Assembly (NCBI GenBank): GCA_038883715.1
Contig: JAVZLS010000006.1
Span: 1-64,000, forward strand
DNA from: Candidatus Bathyarchaeia archaeon
GTDB lineage: Archaea; Thermoproteota; Bathyarchaeia; Bathyarchaeales; Bathycorpusculaceae
Length of the DNA: 64,000 nucleotides
Direction: 5' to 3'
In this document: one piece after another, positions 27,002-37,573 of the stretch
Layout: the number at the start of each line of letters is the position of its first letter
Position numbering within the stretch: position 1 is the stretch's first letter
Notes under the pieces: model-generated
What the model was told of the DNA's origin: nothing
What the model saw: the letters and a program-made list of their open reading frames with translations, nothing else
The model's database searches: none
Program-made: the position numbers and the translations under genes

Positions 27002-28789
27002 TTAGACGTTTGGGTTTTCGAAGGCTGTTATTATCCATTTTTCTCCACATTTTTCAATTTGTAAAGTCACAATGTGGTCTTTTTCTGTTGCCATTAACTT
27101 GTTCCACTGGATTGCTGGAAGATCCTTTGGGGTTGCCTCCACCCACTCGTAGGTGGCGTTATCCAAGCGGAGAACTATGTGGGTTGTCCCATCCTCCACA
27201 TACTCATATTTGCCCAAAACCTTGGCGCTAACTTCTATTTCGGTTATAACTCCGAAAAGTTTTAGGAAATCCAACCGAGTGCTGCGTACAAGCTGTTCGC
27301 TTGTCATGCCCTCCTCATGCATTTTTATGGCTATTTTACTTGTTTCCTCTGCATCGACTATGGCAAAACCCGCAAGATAGATGGTTTCCTCTTTCCCTGC
27401 GGCTTCACGCCAGTAAATGGGCACATACCAAGCAAGTCGATAATTGCCAGTTGATATTTGCACTGGGTATAGAAGCGGCATTTCAGCGTCGTACATCCCT
27501 GCAGCAGGTTTGGGAAGTCTTCCCTCAACAAGGTCTTCTGCTGTCATGCCTGAAATGTAATTGGCTTGCCTAAAATCGTAGAAGAATATGCTGTTTCTTG
27601 TGGCTTTAAAAACGCCAGAAAGGGTCCGTTTATTGCCAATAGGGTTCACACAGATTAAGGCTACAACATCGCCTGTTTCTGGGTCTACGATATAACGTGT
27701 GTCCTCCGTCATCTCGAAGCGTTCTCGGCTAGGTGGGATAAGCCACAAGAAACCTCCAGCCCAGTAGTCAAAGCCTGCGCCTCTTCTGAAGTTTCCCATC
27801 TCGTTTATCATTTCTTCAAGCCAGGTTTCATCGTAAACTTGCGTAACCCAGCTAGGGACCTGAGGTAGCGACCCTGCTTGGGGATAAAGGTTGCCCTTTT
27901 CATCATAAATTATTGGGGTTTCATAGCGCCTTATTAGGTCAAAGCCGACACTATAGCGGGTTACAACGTACACTGTTTCGTTTGTTTCAAAATTCCATGT
28001 TATGTAGGCAACACCATAACACTTTGACATGTCGTTTATGTAAGAGCGAAAGTGGATGTTATGATCAAACCATAAGGATTCGCCGACGGCAAATTCCCTT
28101 TTCAAAATTTTAGGGGGCGCCAATGGATCTGTGGCGTCTATTATCACAAAACCCTTCACATAGTTTTCAGCTATAACGTTTGTTGAGCCTATGACGGCAA
28201 CCCAGACCAGTTTGCCTTCCGGGGTTTTTGTGATGTGGCATCCCAAAACTTGGGTGTTACTTCCAAACTCTGACATGTGACGTCGGGCTACCGAAATGGC
28301 AAGTTCCTCAGTTACGAGACGCACCATGTTGTCTGGAATTTCGGTATTGAAGGGCAATCCAGACCCCATGTGGATGAAGTTGTTAAAGTATGCGGCGTTA
28401 GCTACTCTCTGAACTTGCCAAAAGGCAACCATTGTGGAGGCTGCAAGCAAGTAAACGAGAAACAAAATGCCCAAAAGCCTCGCCCCAGTTTTTAACGAAA
28501 TTTTCCACGGTAAACGCCTATGAGGATAATAATAGTTCTTTTCAGCTTTCTCTAAATCGATGGGTTTTATGGAAAAGGCAGACTCCACAAAGGCGACAAA
28601 CATTCTAAGGAAAATAAGGAGATAAATGAAAACGCTTAATGGAGTCTGAAGAAACTGGATTATGAAGAATAGAAATAAGCCTAAAAAAAGCGAAATTATC
28701 CTTCTAGATTTTCTCCAGCTATCTTTCCGCGGGGGTATTGGGATATACCATACTATTGCCCAAATCAAAAGGAATGCGAAGAGGTTCAC
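27002..28789 (-). CDS. Hypothetical membrane-anchored protein (N-terminal TM helices plus large soluble domain)
   Basis: 595 aa ORF, GTG start with AGGTGA SD; about 4 TM segments followed by a beta-rich domain. Confidence 0.7.
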   Translation of the reverse strand: MNLFAFLLIWAIVWYIPIPPRKDSWRKSRRIISLFLGLFLFFIIQFLQTPLSVFIYLLIFLRMFVAFVESAFSIKPIDLEKAEKNYYYPHRRLPWKISLKTGARLLGILFLVYLLAASTMVAFWQVQRVANAAYFNNFIHMGSGLPFNTEIPDNMVRLVTEELAISVARRHMSEFGSNTQVLGCHITKTPEGKLVWVAVIGSTNVIAENYVKGFVIIDATDPLAPPKILKREFAVGESLWFDHNIHFRSYINDMSKCYGVAYITWNFETNETVYVVTRYSVGFDLIRRYETPIIYDEKGNLYPQAGSLPQVPSWVTQVYDETWLEEMINEMGNFRRGAGFDYWAGGFLWLIPPSRERFEMTEDTRYIVDPETGDVVALICVNPIGNKRTLSGVFKATRNSIFFYDFRQANYISGMTAEDLVEGRLPKPAAGMYDAEMPLLYPVQISTGNYRLAWYVPIYWREAAGKEETIYLAGFAIVDAEETSKIAIKMHEEGMTSEQLVRSTRLDFLKLFGVITEIEVSAKVLGKYEYVEDGTTHIVLRLDNATYEWVEATPKDLPAIQWNKLMATEKDHIVTLQIEKCGEKWIITAFENPNV

Positions 28790-28946
28790 AGCAAATCACC
28801 TTACCTAAATTTTACCACGCCTTGCTTGAAAGGTTTTGCCATCTCTGCCACACAACACAAAAGTCGGTAATTTAGGCAAAACTCTTAATACCCAATTAAA
28901 GACCCCTAAATGCAAGAGTATTAAATCGCTTTGAACGGGTGCCGAA

Positions 28947-30083
28947 ATGGATAGCAAAAATGAGGCAAGAACCTTCCTACAAGGAAGCGAGGCATGCGTT
29001 GAGGCTGCGCTAATTGCTGGCTGCAAGTTTTTTGCTGGTTATCCTATATCGCCAGCTAATGAAATTGCTGAGCATATGGCGGCACGTCTTCCAAAGGTTG
29101 GCGGTATATTCCTACAAATGGAGGATGAATTGGCTTCCATGGGTGCTGTTGTTGGTGCAAGCTGGTGCGGTGTTAAGGCTATGACTGCCACTTCTGGTCC
29201 AGGGTTTAGTTTGATGCAGGAGACCATAGGTTGGGCTTTTATGACTGAAACACCATGCGTGATAGTTGATGTCCAGAGGGTTGGTCCCGGCACTGGACAA
29301 GCGACCAAGTGTGCGCAGGGCGATGTTATGCAGGCTCGCTGGGGAACCCATGGCGATTACATGGCTATTTCGCTGTGTCCTAACTCCGTCCAAGAAGTTT
29401 TCGAGCTTACCATTAGGGCGTTTAACCTTGCGGAGAAATATCGCACTCCAGTCACTTTGCTGACGGATGAGACCACCGTGCATCTTCGGGAACATTTGGT
29501 TATACCGCCCTTGGAAAGCATAGAAATAGTCAACCGCAAAAAGCCCCAGGCCGGAGAACAGGTCTTTTTCGGCTTGGAAAGTGTGGCGCCCATGCCGTCC
29601 ATCGGTGAAGGATTTAATGTGGCTGTTACTGGCTCAACCCACGACGAGAAGGGGGTTAGGTTTACCGCCGATCCAACAGTGCACAGGCGTGTTATAGAGG
29701 CAATTAACAACAAGATAAGGAAAAATGTGGATGACATTGTGGAGGTGGAAAGCTACCATATTGAAGATTGCAAGGTGGGTATAGTGGCTTACGGCATCAC
29801 TTCAAGGGCAATTTATGAGGCTGTTGAAGAAGCTGAGAAACTGGGCGTAAAAGTTGGCTATGTCCGCCTAAAAACCCTTTGGCCCTTCCCAGAAAAACCG
29901 GTGCAGAGGCTTGCGGAAAACGCCGAAAAAATAATCGTGCCGGAAATGAATTTGGGGCAAATAGTTAACGAGGTTAAGAGGGTTGCTGGTTGCACGGAGA
30001 TTGTTCCACTTAACAAGATAGGCGGCGGCGAACTAATCACACCAGAAGAAATTTTGGAAAAAATTCTGAAGGAGGCAAAATAA
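28947..30083 (+). CDS. korA: 2-oxoacid:ferredoxin oxidoreductase alpha subunit
   Basis: FAGYPISP, QMEDE, TATSGPGFSLMQE, QRVGPGTG, PEMNLGQ. Confidence 0.92.
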   Translation: MDSKNEARTFLQGSEACVEAALIAGCKFFAGYPISPANEIAEHMAARLPKVGGIFLQMEDELASMGAVVGASWCGVKAMTATSGPGFSLMQETIGWAFMTETPCVIVDVQRVGPGTGQATKCAQGDVMQARWGTHGDYMAISLCPNSVQEVFELTIRAFNLAEKYRTPVTLLTDETTVHLREHLVIPPLESIEIVNRKKPQAGEQVFFGLESVAPMPSIGEGFNVAVTGSTHDEKGVRFTADPTVHRRVIEAINNKIRKNVDDIVEVESYHIEDCKVGIVAYGITSRAIYEAVEEAEKLGVKVGYVRLKTLWPFPEKPVQRLAENAEKIIVPEMNLGQIVNEVKRVAGCTEIVPLNKIGGGELITPEEILEKILKEAK

Positions 30084-30085
30084 GA

Positions 30086-30916
30086 ATGAGCGAAAGAACA
30101 TTTTCACCTAGCAACTATTTGAGGCTGGGGTTACGTTTTCCCTTCTGCCCGGGCTGCGGTTTATACGTCCTCAGCGACGCATTTTTAAGGGCTGTTTTTG
30201 AGCTTGGCTACGACGATTTCAGAAAGTTCTGTTTTGTCAGCGGAATCGGCTGCTCTTCGTGGATACCCTCGCCCTACTATTTGGCGGATTCCGTCCACAC
30301 ATTGCATGGGAGAAGCATACCAGTGGCTACGAGTATAAAGCTTCTGAGGCCTGAACTCCATGTTATCGTCTTCGGCGGTGATGGAGATATCGTCGGGATT
30401 GGCATGGGACACTTCATACATGCGGCAAGGAGAAACACCGACATCCTTGTCATAATGGGCAACAATATGATTTATGGCATGACTGGTGGTCAAGTAGCCC
30501 CTACAACACCTTTAAAGACGAGGACAACCACAACTCCTTATGGAAGTTTTGAGCACCCGTTGGACGCCGCCAAACTTGCAGCTGTGGCTGGAGCCAACTA
30601 CTCGGCGAGGTGGACAGCCGCCCATCCAAAAGAGCTTAAAGAGTGCTTTAAAAGGGCGCTTCAAATGGACGGTTTCAGATTCGTCGAAGTTATTACCCAA
30701 TGCCCAACAGCTTATGGCAGAAGAGCCGGATTCAAAGATATTGGAGAGATGCTGAAGTGGTTTAGAGAAAACGCCGTTCCAGTGGCGGAGGCGGAAAAAA
30801 TGGGTGAAGAAGAGCTTGAAGGTAAAATTGTTGTGGGCGAGTTCATCCAAAGGATGAGGCTAACTCTTGTTGAAAGTGTTTATGCTGTTTTAAAGGAGGC
30901 GAAAAAAAATGCCTAA
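30086..30916 (+). CDS. korB: 2-oxoacid:ferredoxin oxidoreductase beta subunit
   Basis: FCPGCG, SGIGCS, HTLHGR, GDGD...NN TPP motif, YGMTGGQ. Confidence 0.92.
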   Translation: MSERTFSPSNYLRLGLRFPFCPGCGLYVLSDAFLRAVFELGYDDFRKFCFVSGIGCSSWIPSPYYLADSVHTLHGRSIPVATSIKLLRPELHVIVFGGDGDIVGIGMGHFIHAARRNTDILVIMGNNMIYGMTGGQVAPTTPLKTRTTTTPYGSFEHPLDAAKLAAVAGANYSARWTAAHPKELKECFKRALQMDGFRFVEVITQCPTAYGRRAGFKDIGEMLKWFRENAVPVAEAEKMGEEELEGKIVVGEFIQRMRLTLVESVYAVLKEAKKNA

Positions 30917-31436
30917 AAGAATTGAGATTGTAATTGGTGGGCATGGCGGCCAAGGCGTCATCTTAGCAGGGCAAATTTTGGGCAAAGCAGCCGCCCTTGA
31001 AGGGAAGAACGTTGTGCAAACCCAAAGTTACGGTGCAGAAGCTCGTGGAAGCCTAGCAAAAAGCGAAGTAATAATCTCCGACAGCCTAATAGGTTTTCCA
31101 GCAGTTCGAAGATGCGATGTGCTTGTGGCTATGAACCAAGAGTTCCTTGACAAATACCTACCCCTCTTGAAAGATGAAGGCACACTAATAGTTGACAGCA
31201 GCATCGAAAAAATCCCAAAAGTGAAAGCCAAAACATTCAAGGTGCCAGCTGTTGAAACAGCCAAGAAGGTCTTTGGAGAGAGCCTCTTCGCTAACATGGT
31301 CATACTCGGTGCATTAACAAAAATAACACAGCTGGTTAGCGTTGAATCTATGGAGAAGAGCATAAGGGAAAGTGTCTCAGAAAAGACATTGGAGACAAAT
31401 TTGAACGCTTTTAGAAAGGGCTTGCAGCTCGTTTAG
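30909..31436 (+). CDS. korC: 2-oxoacid:ferredoxin oxidoreductase gamma subunit
   Basis: GHGGQGVILAG, QSYGAEARG, NMVILGA. Confidence 0.9.
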   Translation: MPKRIEIVIGGHGGQGVILAGQILGKAAALEGKNVVQTQSYGAEARGSLAKSEVIISDSLIGFPAVRRCDVLVAMNQEFLDKYLPLLKDEGTLIVDSSIEKIPKVKAKTFKVPAVETAKKVFGESLFANMVILGALTKITQLVSVESMEKSIRESVSEKTLETNLNAFRKGLQLV

Positions 31437-31517
31437 TGGTATAGAAGGTTTGCCGAACCTTCAAAACAAATTTTATATGCCTTCAACAATCTAGGTTAGG
31501 CTTAAAAGGTGAATGTT

Positions 31518-32735
31518 ATGGTGGATTTCAGCTTCACCGAAGAACAAGAACTTTTCCGCAAAGCGGTCCGCGAGTGGTGCCAAAAAGAGTTGCCACTGGA
31601 AAAGGTTAGGGAAATGGACAGCAAAGGCGAAATTCCAAGGGAGATAATCAAGGGCTTGGCGGATCTAGGGCTGCTTTTAATGACTGTGCCAGAAGAACAC
31701 GGCGGAGCTGGTGCCGACTGGATTACGACCTGCATTGCAGCTGAGGAGTTGGGCTATGCCGACATAAGCATTGCAGTGCCAGTGCTCTTCCTAGTTGAGG
31801 CTTCATGGGGCTTCGTAACCGACAAGTACTGCACAGAACAAGTCCGAGAAGAAGTCATAAGAAAAGCCGCTAGAGGCGAAGCCTTCATAGGCATAGCCTC
31901 AACAGAAGCCGGCGGAGGCTCAGATGTTGCAGCCATAAAGTCAATAGGCACAAAAGACGGAGATCATTGGATCTTGAACGGGGAAAAGACCTACATAAGC
32001 GGAACAGAAGAAGCCAAAAAACTGGGCGGAGGACACTTTACGCTAGTTAGAACCGCGCCGCCGCCTCCCGGAGCAACCCACCGAGGCATGACAGCCTTCT
32101 ACCTACCAATAAATGCGCCAGGCGTGGAGGTTGGCAAACGCTTCGAGGAGATGGGGCGCATGGCAATTTCAACCGGAAGCATAGTTATGGACAATGTTAA
32201 GCTTTCCGATGCCTATCGCATAGGCGAAGAGGGAAGGGGCTTCTACCTAACAATGGAGGGCTTTGACAACGCGAGGCTACTGATAGGCGCCACCTGTTTG
32301 GGTGCCGCCCAAAAAGCCTTGGAGCTGGGAATGGAGTACATTAAGGAGCGAAAAGCCTTTGGAAATCCCATTGGCAAGTACGAGGGCATCCAGTTTGACT
32401 TGGCGGACATGTGGGCTGAACTTGAGGCTTTAAGGTCTCTTGTCTACCGCACAGCGTGGATGAACGACGAAAAGTATAAGCGGGGACGCTTCACATCACT
32501 GGAAGTCACAAAATATATTTCAGCGGTTAAGTTGAGGGTCCCGCCCTTCGCCTTCAAAGTTTTCGAGCATGTGCTCCTTTGGATGGGGGCTTGGGGCTAC
32601 ACAAGAGACTGCCCACTAGAAATGGGGCTGCGAGGCATAATGTCCTACTATATCGGGGCTGAGGGCGCCATGAATATCCAAAGAATAATCATAGCCAGGG
32701 AACTGCTGGGCAGAGACTACATACCATACAAATAA
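31518..32735 (+). CDS. Acyl-CoA dehydrogenase
   Basis: TEAGGGSD, LNGEKTYIS, RKAFGNPIG, GAWGY, EGAMNIQRIII; AGGTGA SD. Confidence 0.93.
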   Translation: MVDFSFTEEQELFRKAVREWCQKELPLEKVREMDSKGEIPREIIKGLADLGLLLMTVPEEHGGAGADWITTCIAAEELGYADISIAVPVLFLVEASWGFVTDKYCTEQVREEVIRKAARGEAFIGIASTEAGGGSDVAAIKSIGTKDGDHWILNGEKTYISGTEEAKKLGGGHFTLVRTAPPPPGATHRGMTAFYLPINAPGVEVGKRFEEMGRMAISTGSIVMDNVKLSDAYRIGEEGRGFYLTMEGFDNARLLIGATCLGAAQKALELGMEYIKERKAFGNPIGKYEGIQFDLADMWAELEALRSLVYRTAWMNDEKYKRGRFTSLEVTKYISAVKLRVPPFAFKVFEHVLLWMGAWGYTRDCPLEMGLRGIMSYYIGAEGAMNIQRIIIARELLGRDYIPYK

Positions 32736-32776
32736 CCCTCCCTTTTCAATATCATTACTGTTTAAGGCTGCCTTTA

Positions 32777-33886
32777 ATGAGCTATAAAATAAAATGCACC
32801 GTTTGCGGACAAGAATCCCGAAGCCTAATAGATTACAAGTGCCGAGAATGCGGAAACCCGCTGGATATAAAACTTAACACAGCCTTCAACATTGGAGACA
32901 TCCAAACAAGCATTTATGGCGCTTGGCGTTACACAAAATTTTTCCCCTACGTGAAAACCTCAGAGATTGTCACCCTTGGTGAGGGCTGGACACCGCTAGT
33001 TAAGTTTTCGGAAAACCTCTACTTCAAGCTTGAAAACCTAAACCCAACAGGCTCTTTCAAGGATAGAGGCTCAACAGTGCTGCTATCCGCTATCCATAAG
33101 CAGATTAAGGCTTGTGGCGGCTATATTGCCGAGGACTCTTCTGGAAATGCTGGAGCATCAATAGCAGCTTATGCTGCCCGTGCGGGAATAAAAGCCAAAA
33201 TATACGTGCCGGAAAACGTTTCTGGACTGAAATTCAACCAGATAATGTTTTATGGCGCAGAGGTCACCAAAGTTGCTGGTTCTAGAAGTCGTGTGGCTGA
33301 TGAAGCCCAAAAGCCAGAAACGGGAAAATTTTATGTTGGGCACATTTTGCATCCCCTCTTCCGCGACGGAATAAGAAGCCTAGCCTACGAAATAACCGAA
33401 CAACTAAGATGGAAACCTCCGGAAAGGGTTTACCTTCCAGTATCAGCTGGAACACTGCTCTTAGGCGTTATAAACGGTTTTAGGCATTTGAAAGAGGCTG
33501 GCATAATCAAGGATTTACCGAAAATTGTGGCGTGCCAAACAAGGCAAGTCTCACCATTATACCACCGTTTTAAAGGCCTGCCTTACCAACCCCCAGAAAA
33601 GATAAACTCTATCGCGGATGCGCTGGTAAGCACAAAACCGCCACTCTTAGAGCTTATGGTTAAAAGTTTAAAAGAGGTTAAAGGCGACGCTATAATGGTT
33701 GAGGAAGAGGAAATTCACCAAGCCTTCAGAGAATTAGCTAGAATGGGATTCTTTGTTGAGCCAAGTTCAGCCGTGGCTTATGCAGCCTACCAAAAACAAC
33801 GAAGAAAAGAAGTAGCAGCACTAAAAGAGAAGACGGTAATAATCCTGACCGGAACGGGACTGAAAACATCCATAAAACCAAGCTAA
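32777..33886 (+). CDS. Threonine synthase-like PLP (fold type II) enzyme
   Basis: N-terminal Cys pairs, TLGEGWTPL, NPTGSFKDRG, EDSSGNAG, EPSSA, LTGTGLK. Confidence 0.85.
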   Translation: MSYKIKCTVCGQESRSLIDYKCRECGNPLDIKLNTAFNIGDIQTSIYGAWRYTKFFPYVKTSEIVTLGEGWTPLVKFSENLYFKLENLNPTGSFKDRGSTVLLSAIHKQIKACGGYIAEDSSGNAGASIAAYAARAGIKAKIYVPENVSGLKFNQIMFYGAEVTKVAGSRSRVADEAQKPETGKFYVGHILHPLFRDGIRSLAYEITEQLRWKPPERVYLPVSAGTLLLGVINGFRHLKEAGIIKDLPKIVACQTRQVSPLYHRFKGLPYQPPEKINSIADALVSTKPPLLELMVKSLKEVKGDAIMVEEEEIHQAFRELARMGFFVEPSSAVAYAAYQKQRRKEVAALKEKTVIILTGTGLKTSIKPS

Positions 33887-34005
33887 AACATAAGCCTATA
33901 TGAAAGATTATTTGCAAAATTGGCATAGTCCGATAATGGAAATTAAATTAACTCTTAGAGTTGAGTTGCGCAAAACATAGAGTTATAAAAAGTGTGGTTG
34001 GTGGC

Positions 34006-35661
34006 TTATAATTTCAGCTTTCTTTTTGAAAGGATAAGGGCTGCTGGGGAAATCATGAGCAGTGGTAGGATTAGACTTGGTGGGAATTCCGGAATTACGT
34101 GGGTTCCTTGGATAGTGACCGTTTTTGTGCTGTGGTTGTAGGTGAAGTAGAGATATGTGAAGTTTTCATCTTCAAATTCAAGATAGTTGGTTATAGGCTG
34201 ATCCCCTATAGTTATGGTCCATCCGTCTTCTACCCACATAAGGCTTTTCGGAATAGTTACTCTGCAGAAGCCCATTGTTCCATAATCGCCGGTAACGTTA
34301 AACCGTAAGAAAGCTCCCCCGTCTGGATTAAAATAGAAACTTGAAACGGTGGAATTGCTAATAACTTCAACATTGTAGGCAACACTATTCCATATGCCAG
34401 CATCGAACTTGTTGAATGGAGCCATGAGTGGATAACGGTCTTGATTACGAGAGTTAATACTGCATGCCTTATCGCCTATTCCATCACTTCCTGTTTTATT
34501 TTGATAAATTCCACTTTTTGTATCAGTGCCTACATAGTTGCTCCAAAAGTTACCGCCAGATGGGTAACCATCGTCCCAAATGTTAACCGAACTATCAGTG
34601 TCTACATTCAGCGCATTGCCAATAAAATTATTATGATATATGAAGTTGGTCGAGGTGTCAGCAATACCTACGCCGTGCCAGTTATTTTTAATAATGTTAG
34701 CAAATATTTTATTGTTTTTTGGGTACTCGCCACCAATTGGACGCCCTTTTATACATATTCCTACATCACAACCTTCAATTTCATTATTGCAAATGATATT
34801 TTTGAATGCCATAATCGTAATGCCCTCACCATCAACATCAACAATTCTGTTCCCAGAAACAAAATTTTCATCTCCATCTAAGTGAATCCCCTGACCAGAT
34901 TGAGGCCCACTTACATAATTGTTTTGTATAACATTTTGCGGGCTGTCAATTTTGATACTTCGCACTTGATTGTCAACGACGCGATTTCCGGAGATAGTGT
35001 TATTTGACCCAATAATATAAATGCCGAATTCCGTTCTTTCGACGCGATTTTCTATGAAGGAATTATTGTGGCTTCTTAGCATAACTATACCATATGCTAT
35101 ATCATATGTAGTAAAGTTTGCAAGAGTATTGTCATCTATAACGTTAAAATGAGAATCTTCAAGGTATATGCAATATGCAGTTTCAATAGTGTTTTTTGAA
35201 ATGAGATTATTATGAGAGTTAATTACATGTATTCCATAATCGGCTATTTTAATTTTGTTTGAAAAATAACTACAATGGGAAGAGTTAGCTGAGTAAATCG
35301 CATTTCCAAAACCAATTATTTTCATATTGCATATGGTGACATTACGCCGATGCTGAATTGCGATGCCTTTATAATAATATCCTTGTGCGTTTGGACTACT
35401 TTGGATGACAAATCCTGCACCATCAAGCAATATGTTGTCCCTTTCAATTATAATCGCATCATTGTAGCTTGTAATGTTGTCGGTTAAGGTATATACGTCA
35501 CCATTTCTTTGAATTGGTGCGCCTTCAGGGTCTATGGTCCCATCAGCTCTAATATAAACTGTTCCGGTCCAGTCTGTCTTGGCTGGTTTAATGTTAAATG
35601 CAAAAGCCGAAATGCCTATCAAAAAAATTGTGAGCACAATTGTATAAATTATCCTCTTCAT
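34006..35661 (-). CDS. Secreted NosD/parallel beta-helix protein with PEF-CTERM-like sorting signal
   Basis: Signal peptide; Asn-rich SxNNxIxxN repeats; WDDGYPSGGNFWS, DGIGD, DRYPL; VIPEFP + hydrophobic + KRK tail. Confidence 0.85.
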   Translation of the reverse strand: MKRIIYTIVLTIFLIGISAFAFNIKPAKTDWTGTVYIRADGTIDPEGAPIQRNGDVYTLTDNITSYNDAIIIERDNILLDGAGFVIQSSPNAQGYYYKGIAIQHRRNVTICNMKIIGFGNAIYSANSSHCSYFSNKIKIADYGIHVINSHNNLISKNTIETAYCIYLEDSHFNVIDDNTLANFTTYDIAYGIVMLRSHNNSFIENRVERTEFGIYIIGSNNTISGNRVVDNQVRSIKIDSPQNVIQNNYVSGPQSGQGIHLDGDENFVSGNRIVDVDGEGITIMAFKNIICNNEIEGCDVGICIKGRPIGGEYPKNNKIFANIIKNNWHGVGIADTSTNFIYHNNFIGNALNVDTDSSVNIWDDGYPSGGNFWSNYVGTDTKSGIYQNKTGSDGIGDKACSINSRNQDRYPLMAPFNKFDAGIWNSVAYNVEVISNSTVSSFYFNPDGGAFLRFNVTGDYGTMGFCRVTIPKSLMWVEDGWTITIGDQPITNYLEFEDENFTYLYFTYNHSTKTVTIQGTHVIPEFPPSLILPLLMISPAALILSKRKLKL

Positions 35662-35922
35662 CTTCCTCTCCTTATCCGCGTATGGGTAGGAGAAAATAGA
35701 TTCACAATATTTAAACTTTTAGGAAAAATCCTCTATAAGTTTTTAACATAACATTCACCATCTTACTTCTGTTAAGAGACATTAAAAGGAACTGCTAATG
35801 AATTTGTAATAGAAGGCCGATGAGGCGTGTTTGCTTTAGAAACGTTGTTAGTTGGGCGTAGTTGAGGAAAAATTTATATTGTAATGCTGTTTCTCATTGT
35901 GACGCATTAGGGGGTTGTTGGT

Positions 35923-37554
35923 TTGTCATCACCCGCATCAACAGGAGTCCCAGTTCTCATATTAAAGGAAGGCTCAACCCGCTCGAGGGGTAGGGAGGCC
36001 CAGCACACGAACATTATGGCGGCTCGCATAATAGCCGAAACAGTGAAAAGTTCTCTCGGGCCGAAGGGCATGGATAAGATGCTTGTGGACAGTTTTGGCG
36101 ACGTCACAATAACCAGCGATGGGCGCACAATTTTGGATGAGATGGATGTTCAGCATCCAGCTGCCAAAATGATGGTTGAAGTGGCTAAAACGCAGGACAA
36201 TGAGGCTGGAGATGGAACGACAACAGCTGTTATTTTGGCTGGAGAATTGCTGGCGAAGGCTGAAGAGCTTATTGGCAAGAACATTCACCCAACAATTATA
36301 ATTGATGGTTATAAGAAAGCCTTGGATAAGTCCCTTGAAGTTTTGGAGAAAATCGCCATACCGGTTGACCTAAACTCTCAGGAGTATTTGCGAAAGGCTG
36401 CAATGACATCTATGGCGAGCAAGCTTGTTGCCGAACATAGAGAATACCTAGCCGACTTGGCTGTTAAGGCGATTTTACAGGTGGCGGAGAAGGAAGACGA
36501 CAAATACAAGGTGGACGTGGACGACGTCAAAGTTGAAAAGAAACCAGGCGAATCCGTTAGGGACACCATGCTCATAAACGGCATAGTCTTAGACAAGGAA
36601 GTTGTCCACTCAGGTATGCCTAAGCGAGTGGAAAACGCCAAAATCGCCTTGCTAGACTGCCCACTAGAAATTGAGAAGACGGAGTTTGACGCAAAAATAA
36701 ACATTGAAAGCCCAGAGCAGATGGACGCCTTCCTAAGACAAGAGGAAGCCATGCTAAAGGATATGGTGGAAAAGCTCGCTGCGGTAGGCGCCAATGTTGT
36801 GCTCTGCCAGAAGGGCATAGATGACATGGCACAACACTTCCTAGCCAGAAAAGGCATTTTGGCAGTGAGACGCATCAAAAAGTCGGACATGGAGAAGCTC
36901 GCAAAAGCCACCGGAGGAAAAATAATAACCAACCTGGATGACATGAGCCCGGCAGACTTGGGCTATGCAAGCCTTGTGGAAGAGCGGAAAATCGGCGACG
37001 ACAAAATGACCTTTGTTGAAGGTTGCAAACATCCACGGGCAGTCACCATCCTCATAAGGGGAGCAACAGAACGCGTGGTGGAAGAGGCTGAACGCTCGGT
37101 GCACGACGCCTTATGCGTTGTCCGAGACATAGTTGAAGAACCAAAAGTTTTGGCTGGTGGTGGCGCACCAGAGCTGGAAATAGCTAAAGCCCTAAAGAAA
37201 TATGCCGAAACCCTTCCAGGCAGAGAACAATTAGCCGTTAAAAGTTTTGCAGAAGCCCTGGAGGCTATTCCGGCAACGCTCACTGAAAACGCAGGATTAG
37301 ACCCGATAGACATACTCTCAGAGTTGAGGGCGAAACATGAGAAGGGCGAAACATGGGCTGGAATTGAAGTTCACTCTGGAAAAGTTCAGGACATGCGGGA
37401 AGCCGGGGTCTTTGAACCTATATCCGTTAAGAAGCAGGTGGTTAAGTCTGCAACCGAAGCCGCGTCTATGATTCTGAAAATCGACGACGTTATAGCCGCC
37501 GGAAAGGCTAAAACTCCCCCGATGCCTAAGGGTCCACCTGAAGGCGAATATTAG
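35923..37554 (+). CDS. ths: Thermosome (group II chaperonin) subunit
   Basis: [31 protein letters not shown]. Confidence 0.96.
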   Translation: MSSPASTGVPVLILKEGSTRSRGREAQHTNIMAARIIAETVKSSLGPKGMDKMLVDSFGDVTITSDGRTILDEMDVQHPAAKMMVEVAKTQDNEAGDGTTTAVILAGELLAKAEELIGKNIHPTIIIDGYKKALDKSLEVLEKIAIPVDLNSQEYLRKAAMTSMASKLVAEHREYLADLAVKAILQVAEKEDDKYKVDVDDVKVEKKPGESVRDTMLINGIVLDKEVVHSGMPKRVENAKIALLDCPLEIEKTEFDAKINIESPEQMDAFLRQEEAMLKDMVEKLAAVGANVVLCQKGIDDMAQHFLARKGILAVRRIKKSDMEKLAKATGGKIITNLDDMSPADLGYASLVEERKIGDDKMTFVEGCKHPRAVTILIRGATERVVEEAERSVHDALCVVRDIVEEPKVLAGGGAPELEIAKALKKYAETLPGREQLAVKSFAEALEAIPATLTENAGLDPIDILSELRAKHEKGETWAGIEVHSGKVQDMREAGVFEPISVKKQVVKSATEAASMILKIDDVIAAGKAKTPPMPKGPPEGEY

Positions 37555-37573
37555 GGCACTGGGGAGTTAGAAC

